Assembly: GCA_038496445.1 (NCBI GenBank)
Contig: JALMLS010000448.1
Location: 277,296 to 341,295 of the forward strand
From: Trichosphaerium sp. ATCC 40318
Taxonomy: Eukaryota; Protista; Tubulinea
Direction of reading: 5' to 3'
Length of the DNA: 64,000 nt
Part shown: positions 42,008-52,902 of the stretch, one piece after another
Layout: each line of letters starts with the position of its first letter
Numbering within the stretch: position 1 is the first letter of the stretch
Notes under the pieces: model-generated
Seen by the model: the letters and a program-made list of their open reading frames with translations, nothing else
The model's database searches: none
Told to the model about the DNA's origin: nothing
Position numbers and translations under genes: made by a program

Positions 42008-43949
42008 ATGTCAACTCAGAATTATAATAATCCTCTAAGTAAACAGCAAGTTGCTGCTCTTAAACCGTCGCAAGTGCATGGCGTCCTCAAAAGGACCATG
42101 TTGGTCGATGGTTTCGACATTGTGCGTTATCTGTCTTTCCTCAGTTAAGGTACTTTTCTTACTTTGTTTTAAAGGTCTACGACATGGAGAAAAGTAAAGG
42201 TATGCATATTGTCGATCAGACGACCGGCAAGACCTACCTCGATTTCTTTGGCTTCTTTGCTAGTTGGCCAGTAGGCCACAATCATCCGAAGATGAGTGTA
42301 AGTCACGTTTTAATACATTTCTCGTTGTAACTTAAAAAATTCCCAGACTCAAAAAACCTGATTTTTTTGATGTAGGAACCAGAGTTTAAGAAGAAACTTA
42401 GCGCAATTGCGGCGCATAACCCATCTAACTCGGATATCTACACTGTAGCTATGGCTCAATTTGTAGCCACCTTTGAACGTGTTGTAATGCCACCAGCATT
42501 CAAGGTACACGCAAAAAGATAAAACCTTTAAGTGGTTTCGATATTGACTTTGTTGTTAGCACCTTTTCTTCATCGCTGGAGGCGCCTTAGCTGTTGAAAA
42601 CGCATTGAAAGCAGCTTTCGACTGGAAAGTAAGAAAAAATCTTGCCAAGGGACTTGGAGAGCGCGGAAGCAAAGTAATCCACTTTGTACGCATAGTGCTT
42701 TTGGTTTTCTTCTTTTCTTCTTTGTTTTTGTTTCTTTCTTTCGCTGCATTTTTACTTTTCTCATACGTTTTTAGGTTAACTGCTTCCATGGACGTACAGG
42801 TTATACCATGTCCTTAACGAATACCAACGATCCTCGAAAGTACATGTACTTCCCACGGTTCGACTGGCCTCGTATTCCAGCGCCTTACGCTGAGTTTCCT
42901 CTAACCGGAAAGAATCTCGAAAACACTTTGAAACGTGAAGCTCAGTCTCTTGCTATCCTTCGTGGATACTTGACGGCAAACCATACTGATGTCGCTTGCA
43001 TTCTTCTTGAACCTGTACAAGGCGAAGGTGGTGATAACCACTTCAGACCTGAGTACTGGCAAGAACTTCGCAAAATCGCTGACGAGTTCGAAGTAAGTTT
43101 CAGACTGACTTAAAGTTACTCCTCTTGTGCTTACACTTTGATTTTCTAGGTTCTTCTCATCGCTGATGAAGTTCAAGCCGGAATGGGACTCACTGGAAAG
43201 ATGTGGAGTTATGAGCATTATGGCGTTGCACCTGACTTGATATGCTTTGGAAAAAAAGCGCAAGTCTGTGGATTCATGTCAACTTCACGCATTGAAGAAG
43301 TAGAGAATCATGTGTTCAAGGAGTCATCTCGTATTAATTCTACGTGGGGTGGTAATCTTGTCGATATGGTACGTTACAATTGTTAGCCGTCCAGCCACTC
43401 AGACGCGTTGATTCAAGTCTGTTTTTTCGGAAAGTTTAAGCTCATTTTTTTTAAAGGTCCGCTCTCAGCAATTCCTTGAGATTATCGAAGAAGATAATCT
43501 TGTAGAGAATGCAGCAAAAGTAGGCTCATACCTTCTTAAGAAACTAGAACAGCTCCAATCGGTACTTACTTTCGACCTATTTCTTTTTGGATAAGCTAGA
43601 ATTTTTGCTAACAACTTTTTTCTAGAAGTACTCATCAATTATGTCAAACGCTAGAGGAAAGGGCCTAATGTGCGCTTTTGATTGTAAAACACCTGCTTTA
43701 TGTAGTAAGATAATTTCTGAGGCATACAAGCTTGGTGTTATGCTCATCTCATGCGGTACCCAAACGGTAAGTTTGACTGAATCAAAGTTGTTTGCAACTA
43801 TTTTTTTCTGATCATGTAACATACAACTTATTCAATGTTTCAAGATCCGTTACCGACCTTTCTTGGATTGCGAGAAACGTGATGTGGACGAGATGGTATC
43901 TGTTCTCGGAAAAGTATTGGCTCATGTATCTACAAGCGCTAAGCTTTGA
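42008..43949 (+). CDS. lat: L-lysine 6-(epsilon)-aminotransferase (class III PLP aminotransferase), C-terminal AKL
   Basis: [116 protein letters not shown]. Confidence 0.92.
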
Positions 43950-44578
43950 ATTAATCATCAAAAACCGAAATGCTACTGCAATGGTGTTTGAAAAAAACCC
44001 AGAATTTTATTGGTATTTACCTGTGTTTTGGATAGAAAAAGTTGAATGTTTAAAATGAATAAATCACACAGTTTTTGATGACAAGAACGACCACAACATG
44101 TTTCTTTGCTTTTTGACATTAAAACTCTTACAATTGCCTTCTGAATAGTTCATTGTGCGCGCTATGACGCACATGTTATACCCAGCTGTTGTGTTTGTTC
44201 ATCTTAACTGGATACCAACCTACATACATAATACAAGTTGTAGCCATAATTACAGAGAAGGTGCGCAATGATTTAAAAGGCTACAAAAAAGACATGGAAG
44301 ACTAAACATAATAAAGTCAAACTCCTCTTCACATTCACTGTTTGTTAATAAGACTTTGATCAGTTTCTTTTAGTCATTTGTTTTTAATGTTAATCGCATG
44401 CTGTCTTTCTTTGCTACACCAGCTATTTAATTGCCTATAGCTTAGATCCAATCCATAAGAAAAGCCACGTTGCCTTTAGACAGTGGGTTGTCATATACAA
44501 TTTTATTTGGAAGATTTGTTGTTGCAATCAAGATGAGAATATTTTGAGAATTAGGACAGCATTTTAAAATATGCAACG

Positions 44579-44617
44579 TAATACGCGCATATTATGTCAC
44601 ATAATATGCGCGTATTA
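44579..44617. repeat. Perfect 39-bp palindrome (19-bp arms, 1-nt centre) within a CATAAT/ATTATG-rich patch
   Basis: TAATACGCGCATATTATGT-C-ACATAATATGCGCGTATTA. Confidence 0.95.
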
Positions 44618-44825
44618 TGCGTCGTAATATGTGGTGAGACATACACATAATACACTTATAACGTCACATTGCTTTATTACGTATACTGACATAATATATC
44701 GTACCTATTATGCTTTTAGAGTGTTACTATGTCTCCAGCGCTTTTTCTGTTACTTAAGGACAATCGAAAAAAAATAGTCCACACGAAGTAATCTCGCTTT
44801 ATATTATCAAAGAGTATCAAGAACT

Positions 44826-46020
44826 ATGTCTACGAGTACGATAAAGCGTAAATACAAACGCCCAACAGAGGAAGCAGAAATCTTTCAATGTGAAGGCTGC
44901 TCGGACCTTTTCGCTGTACAATATGATAAAACAGAGCTACCCAAGACTGACATCGTCTGTCATTGTCCTCACTCATCATGTACAAAGCTATTAACAGTTT
45001 CGTTATCAGCCACTGAACGACGTACTGAGATAATAGTAGCTTTGTGAGTTCTAACTAATACTTCTTAGGGTTCAAAATACGCACTAAGTGTCTTCACGAG
45101 ATGTCTCGACAGTTTTTACAAACTCTATGCCACAAGCAATCTATAACTACCACATATTCAACGGTATCGACTATGGTAGCTATCCTATACGCGCTTAGAG
45201 AAAAGATGGAGATTGCTCCTTTAAAGCTAGGACATGAACAGGGTATTTTTTTTTCCATAAGATAGCTACTGGCAGCCTTTTCTAACTTCACACATAGAAG
45301 CTCGTCATCGCCGTAGATTGGTTGAGAGACTGTCAAGTTTTAGAAAGAGATCAAAAATCTTCTGAGGAGCAGAGTAGTGAAGGAGGCGAGGAGCTAGAAC
45401 CTCATACAGATGCTGTCGTTGCTATTTTTGCCCAATGGGAAAGTAGCAAAAGAACATAGCGCTTTAGAAACAATCACAATTACACCTCGTCCTACCACTA
45501 AAAACTTGGAAAGCGTAGGAAACCGGGTACTTGAGAGAGTTGTTAGAGTTTTGGATAATAACAATGTGAAACCAAATTGCAGTTTTGTGAACCGAGGACA
45601 TTGCGATTTCACAATCTGCTTCCCATTCAAAAATAATATTTATGTTTCTCTCTTGCGACTTCTTCATGGATATAGGAAATTTATTTCCTTTCATTTGGGT
45701 AGTCATTACGTACTCGTTTCTGGTTTTAACGCGAAAGAAACTTCAGAGGACATGCAAGCGTTGCAAAAGCAATTTGCTGACTACTTCGAAGTAAATATTG
45801 TCGGTTTCAAACGAAACACAGGCACCATGGGTCTTGCTCTAAATTCTTGCACGTGGGTTTTCGATGAGCCGTTGAGGCTTCTAGAGGATGCCAGTTGAAC
45901 GTTGACCGCCCAGCTGATACTGCATTACTAATAAAAGAGCTTGTGAACGGAGGGTATAATAACTCGGAGAAGATAAACAAAAAAGAAGGAATGGATGACG
46001 GTACTGTAGTTTTGTGGTAA
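44826..46020 (+). pseudogene. Fragmented ORF(s) with an N-terminal CxxC...C/H zinc-finger-like motif; function unknown
   Basis: FQCEGCSDLF...CHCPHSSC, followed by open segments in shifting frames that do not splice cleanly. Confidence 0.35.
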
Positions 46021-46441
46021 GAGTACTTTTTATAGTAATCTGCTATAGCCACAAGCGTAAAGGATGCACGGAGAAGATTAAGAAAACGCAAGGCTTCAGT
46101 TCCGTTAACTGACAGCGAGAGAAAAAGGCGGAAGAGCAAGAAAAGTAAAGGTGAGTAAACACACAAATCTTTAGATATTTAATATCTCTTCAGCCCTAAG
46201 TCGAAAAGAATAATGCTAACGTAAATGTAACTCAACACATTTTCAGTTTGTTCATCATTGGCATTGTTTTTCACGAACGTTGTTTTGCAAAGGAGACAAG
46301 AAATAAACATGTAATACTTTAATACAACTGATTATAAAAAAACTTTTGGACTTTTTATTATACACCTCCGCGTCCAGTACGGGGTACAGAAATAGTTGGG
46401 GATACATACTATTTTACATGGTAAAATTGTGTTATATTTTT

Positions 46442-49400
46442 TCAGTTTGAAACGTGTTGTTCTGAGGAAGCACTTCCTGTTTTGATTTGAATATCAACTT
46501 GTTCCTTTTCTGGTTGAAATCTTTGTCTTAACAAGTCAACGACATTAGGGAAAGCAAACCACTCTGGAATATCTTCACCGCCTTTAAGACGGCGTCTGAA
46601 TTCAGTTCCTGAGAGTTTAAGAAGTTTGAGTCCTAGAAAATAATTGTAAGTCACGTGATCAGAGTTTGAAGAAAAAAGTTTTTGTACCTTTTTCTTTTGC
46701 TTCTTCTTTTGGTACATATCCCATTTCTTCTGTGTATACCATCTCTGCAGAAGGTACAACCTCGATACCGAGCTCTTTCTCGTATTTTTTAGCGAAATCT
46801 TGAGCGTCGAATGGACCATAGAAGTCGTCACCAGTACGGGTACTCTTGGTGCCGGCCATATCGCGTCCAATGATAAAGTGAGTTGCTCCAAAGTTTTTAC
46901 GAAGGACCATATGTTGAATGGCTTCACGAGGACCTAGATAGGCGTAAGAAATAGTTTGAGGAGTATGTAAAAAATTGAACGTACCAGCCATCATCATGGA
47001 GTAAGGCAAGTAAGCCCACATGAGTCTGTTATCATTGAGTTCTTCTTGCAATACTTCATAAGTTTGGTGACGTTGGAATCCATCAATATCACCAGGTTGT
47101 GTAGGACCACAAGTAGGGTGAACCAAAATGGTTGACTAAAAGAAATAAATAAGAAACTGTTTAGCAAGTTATTTTGGCGTACATCTGGGATAGTCTTTTG
47201 TGCTTGAAGCAATAATTGGTAATGCGCTTTGTGGATTGGGTTACGACTAAAAGTAGTGTCAATAACGATAACATGGTTGCGAAAGAGAGTAGTGGCGTAC
47301 CATTGGAAGGCAATAACTTTCTTATCACTTGGAAGATTCTTTCTTAGCTCTCTTGGAGATGCGTATTGGATTCCATCTGTTCTTTGAGGTGCTTCGAGAC
47401 CTACGATATCACCACCAATGTAGAATTTACCCTTGTTGTTAAAGAGTTCATAGACACCAGGATGATCTGGAGACTCAGTTCTGAATATCTCTTGTGCCTC
47501 TTCGAATTTGTTTGGAGCGTAAACATCTTGAACTTTGAGAACAGCGACGTCTTTACCCTTGTATGTAAGCAGTACACTTTGTCCTTCTTTAATATCGGTG
47601 CGGTTGGTATCAAGGGTAATAGGAATTGCCCAGATTTGTTGCTCTGGAAGGCGCATATCTTTGACAACGCTCGAGTATTCCTTGTTGGTCATGAAACCAG
47701 TCAAAGGAGAAAATCCGCCCTGTGTTCAAAATGTTAGGGAAATTCACACTAGCATTCTAGTTGTATCACTATTTTTTTTGGGTGTTTTTTGAAAATCGTA
47801 CGTTACATAGAAGCTCAACATCACATGCTTGACGTTCATTCAATTCAATAGAAGTTGACGTTTCTTTAACGATAGCTTGTTTCTTCTCTTCATTTTTTTC
47901 GTACAAATCGACGAGGATACCGCCATGTGGTGCACCTAATAATCATGTTAAGATTTTAATTTTTTTTTGGGTATCACGTGCGGCGTAATAATTATTCCGT
48001 TGTTTACAAAATAACGTACGTTCATGTTTTGCGCGAGTGTGGATACCACATTCAGTATTAGCAAGGCGAACGAAGCGACCTGAAGAAAAAAATGTTAGCA
48101 GTTGGAAATTTCTTATTTAGTGATAGAGAAAAGTAAACGTTTTCTTACCATCTCTTTCGGTTTCGTGGGCTTTTACTGGGACTGATGTATGAACGTCGCC
48201 GAAACTCTTCCATAAGTACACATGCTTTGCTTGAGGTTCGCCAGCGCGTTCTTGCTCGGTAGCACGCCAGTAAGGTTTTCCAAGGTCAACTTTTGTCCAT
48301 GGTTGGTTTGGTAAGTGTCTTTCAAGAGCGTCAATCTCTTCATTTGCTCTGACTATTTTTACAAAAAAGTAAGCCGAAAAGTTCATCTTACATTAACTAC
48401 AATGTTAAAGGATTTGATAAAAGTAAACTGTAACTGCATGCAAAGATTACGTAAAAAAATGTCATGTGAAAAGTAATAAAAAAACGTGCACTGTTCCCGC
48501 TAGAAATTATGCAAAAAAAAACAGAAAAAAAGAACTGAAGTTTTTACGTACAGATGACGTTGTGGCGCTTGTTAAAAGGTACGTCGTATTTATCAACGTA
48601 TGTGAGAACGTCTTGCCAGCTCCATGCAGCAAGAGGGTTGAATGTTTGCTTTGTAGGCTCAAATACATCAAGATTGACACGAGCATGCGCTTGATCCATA
48701 CGACGCCCAGTAATCAAGATTTCTTTGCCTTGTGCATCAAGACCACGGTTGAAAGGCTCTACTTTTGAGTGGAAATCAAAATCAGCGTGGTTCATGGCGT
48801 TATCTCCATCAGCGTAGCCGAATTTCTTGATGAAATCTTCCTACACATAAACGTCAACAGATTGAAAAAAGATTCAAACAAGAAATTTCTAACTGTCAAA
48901 ATAATTTACGGGTTTTACGCAATTTCTCCGTAGTATGCGCGCTATGTACGTACTTGTGTCTCACATCCTTCTGGAAGGTATTTAGGTATTGTACGACCGT
49001 ATTTCTGCTCCATAGCGGTCCAAACAGCGTGGGTTTCTGGAAACAAGTGCAAAGTATCCACACCAATGACTTTGAAACCTTCCCACACTTTCGGTGTTGT
49101 GCGATGTATCAAGTCAACAATAGCATTGTCGCTTACAAGGAAAGCAGATGCAAGTACAGCACCTACGAGGTAATGTTAAATAAATGTAAGATGAACAGAA
49201 CATTCTTTGCAGTGCAGACTTGAAAGTTCAGAAAAGTTTGAAAACAATTCACGTGTTGCGAAAAGGTTTAACAGGAAAAGACGTTGTTTGCATCGCTTTC
49301 CCCCAAAAGAAGACGGAAGTGAAAAGTTAAAAAAATTATTTGTGTACCTTTGCCATCTGCAGGGAGATGCTCATTGACGTCTTTTGCGAACTTGTCAATG

Positions 49401-49510
49401 AGATTTGTTGTATTATCAGCATGAACAGCGTAAGTTCTTTTTGTAGAATTTTTAGAAACAAACTTCTTTTGAGCTGCAGCTCTTGTTGTAGTTGTTGCGT
49501 ATCGTAACAT
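46442..49510 (-). CDS. Fusion protein: mitochondrial-type presequence + APS/PAPS reductase (CysH family, Fe-S-free) + ATP sulfurylase (Sat family)
   Basis: Reductase motifs VDTLHLFPET, KVEPF, ITGRRMDQ..R, NPLAAWS, SFGDVHTS, ERDGRF..TECGIH. Joined in frame via TRAKHER to APHGG, ACDVELL..GGFSPLTGFM, AFQCRNPIHKAH, HPTCGPTQ, GPREAIQH...RKNFGATHFIIGRDMAG, LSGTEFRRRL. Confidence 0.92.
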
Positions 49511-50162
49511 TTGCTGATAAGAGTGGTATCTAAAACATCAAAAAGTAAGCTAACATAGAAAGCGTACAAAAAGGTTTCTAATGCGCTGACACGTGGATTT
49601 GAAGCGTAAAACAGCGTATAGAAAAGTCACGGGAACATAAAACAACGAAAAAGAAAAGGCCTTTTTGTAAATAACATAGCGTAGATGACCTTGAATGGTA
49701 TCTAATTATTGCGTACATGATGCTCTTGATGTGTGGATGCGTTGCAAATGACGGTGGAGGTATTTTATCCGCAGGTAAGTGTAAAAATGTGTACCACGGG
49801 AAAAAAAAAATGTCTTAAAAAGGAAGTTTTCTACACCACGCTCTCTTTACATCTTTTTAACGGCTGCAAAATGGTTCATAAACAAACCCTAGTGAGGCTA
49901 ATACACATGAAAACCTCTATGAAAATGACAAGGTGATGTTTGTGCGTAACAAGAGCTATATAGAGGCGTAATGAGGCGAAACGTTGAGAAAAAAACACAA
50001 AACGTTTCTGACGAATAGTCATGCTCCTTTTTTTCCACCGTTTTGTGCGTCAGTGCGTTCAAAACCGCGTGGTAAAAACTTGTATGAGAAAACTGCGCAA
50101 AAAACTCTTTTTGGGCGGAAATTTCTTGTCTGTTCTTCACAACGCGCTCAGTACACTGAAAT

Positions 50163-52621
50163 ATGATTACAAGTCGTTTTATACTTGTTTTGAGTATACT
50201 TGGATTAGTTTTACCCGCTTTATCTGCCGCTCCAGGATTTAAAGCTACATTGACGCAACGAGGTACCTGGAGCTAATTTATAGCGTATGAGCACTGTTAA
50301 CTGATTTTTTTAGGCGTTTCTTACGCAAAAGACGTTGGGTTGGAGGTTTTGAAACAAAAACTATCTCAAATCACTGTCCCTGAGATAACGTACGTTAAAA
50401 CAAAGAATCGAATTGTACTACGAACAATTCTGTTTTTCTTTTTGTTGTTTTGTGGAAAAGCGCTAAAAACCCTTTCAAGTGGTAAAGAACATGTTACTAT
50501 TATCGGTGATATAGATTACACGCTTTCAAATGTACGTTAAACCAAATACGATGTAACCGTTTTCTCCTTTTAATTTGACTTTTCCTTAGATAGTAATTAC
50601 CGATGTATTGCTTCCTACTAGTGTTGCTGAGATTGAAGCTAACAAGGATGTCAAAATATCTGTGTACGGAGTACTCTACTGCTTGTACAACCCTTCTAAC
50701 GCCATCACTAGATCTAAATCATCAGCTAAAATGACCTTGAGTTGGACCTACCGCGAGGAGAACTGGCCGCATGTTTCTGGTTCAGGTTAGCTTTTTTTTA
50801 GTTTTGGAGTACCTCAGGAAAAAACAATCACGTGATTTTCTATTTTTTTGAACTAGTTTTAACGTCTGTGTTTAGGTACAGCTGATGTGAGTATGAGTGA
50901 TTTTGATATTACTATTACTGTAACTCTTGGTGAAGTTACAGGCAAAGCAACAGTACGTTGATAAATAGTGTCTGTCAGTGTAATATCGAGAAAAAGGCTT
51001 CGGTCTATTTTTTTTTTGTTGTGTTTGGAAATTTCTGTTTTGCTTTCTAACCTATTCAACAAGGTCTCTTCTTTGGTTGCTAGTGTAGACGTTAACAATC
51101 TAAGTATAACCGTCCATGGTGGTCCAAGGTAAAACCGAAGAAACCAATCACACAGAAAAAGTATCAAACTCTAACTGTTTTAACCAGCTGGTTGTACAAC
51201 CTTTTTATTGATATCTTCAAATCGTATATCGAAAGCGCAGCAAACACAGCAATAGCTAATGCCATTGAAAACGAGAAATCTCAACTAGACAGTGTAATAG
51301 CTACAATTCCAATAAGCTACACACTAGGTACCACTGACTTCTTTTCATCTTACCAAAAAAAAAAAAAGCAAGTTGTTCTAAAAATAGTTTAGAAGACGAC
51401 AATGTGCCACTAGCAACGTTAGGCTTTGGATTGACAACAGCACCTATTATTGGGTCTAATTACATCTCATTATCTGTCGCTGGTGTATGGTCAACCGTCC
51501 CAGGAGGTGCAGTATCACCTTACACGCCAACAGCTATGCCAACACTCGATACAACTGAAATGCTTGAGGTACATGACAAGTTTTCTTATTTTTTGGCTTC
51601 TATTTAAATCATTGTTCCTCCAAACCCCGCTAGTATATTATGTTGTGTTACACGACATTTTGGGAAAGCGAGGATCTGATTGTTAAACTAAAGAGGTTTT
51701 TATGTTTGTTTTCTTTTTTAGGTCACTTTAGTACCGTATGTTTTCGACAGTGCAATCTGGGTATTGTGGAAGGAAGGAAAATTAGAGTACACTGTCACAC
51801 CTGCTGATGTTCCTGCGACTTCTCCTGTAAAGTTGAATACAACAAACTTCAAGGGTTATGTACCTTTGTTGTACCAAAAATATCCAAACAAAGGATTAGA
51901 GGTAAGAAATGTTTTGTTTTTCGTTTAGTTGTAGTAAAGGCTAACTCTTTAATTCAGATCAAGATCACTCCTGGAACACCTCTTCCTTTGACTAAAATGA
52001 ACTCTTCTGGTATAACGATTAACCTCAAGATTGATATGGAAGTGTAAGGATGACGTCTATTTAAATTATATTTCCTGAAAGACTAATTTTTTTTATGTTT
52101 TTTAGGATGGTCATTGTTGATAATAAAACTATTACACCAGCTTTTATTCTTGAACTAGATGTTGTAGCCTCAGCAAAAGTAAGTCATTATTCAATTCTCA
52201 TATGTTACTAATAAAACTATAAAGGCGACATTGAATAATACAGCGATAAGTATTAATCTATCACATGTTAGCGATTCAGCAACGCTTAAAAAGTCTTATA
52301 TTGGTACTTTTGATCCTACGACTTTGGAGACTGTAATCAAGTTTTTGCTCACTGGAGTGTTATATCCTTATGCCAATAAGATAGCAAATAAGGGATTTGA
52401 TTTACCAGTCGTTCCAGGCACGTGATTATGAAAGATCGCCTGAAGCGTCTTTACTTTCCTTTTTTTTTTTCTCTTCTTTCTTGAAGTTTTTTGCTTGTTT
52501 TGTCTTACTGTTATCTCTAGACGTCAAGCTTAATAACCCTACTATTATATATGGTAATGGTTATTTATCTGTTGCTTCTGATATTACCTATGTTCCACCA
52601 TCAAGTGTTGGTGTTTACTAA
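50163..52621 (+). CDS. BPI/LBP/CETP-family (TULIP) lipid-binding protein
   Basis: Signal peptide, APGFKATLTQRGVSYAKDVGLEVL, GDIDYTLSN, SWLYNLF, YVFDSA, YVPLLYQKYPN, LYPYANK....GFDLP; about 13 introns. Confidence 0.88.
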
Positions 52622-52902
52622 GTAGCAAAATAAAAACAAACCCCGTTGCATTCTTTTTAGCAAGTCTTTCATTCGTCAATGATACCTTGTTTGGTTTTGA
52701 GATACGCAGGATATTTTTTAATAGACAGAGTTTACTTTTATACTCTTTGGTCCAACGTTCCCTGAGGTTTTGAATCAATAAGCATAAAAACCATTTTTTA
52801 ACCTTGTATGTGAATCACTAACAAAATGGCTTTAGAAAATGGTAACGAAAACACGTGTGAATGAGCAGATGAAAGTGTTTATTACAGTATAATATTAACA
52901 CT

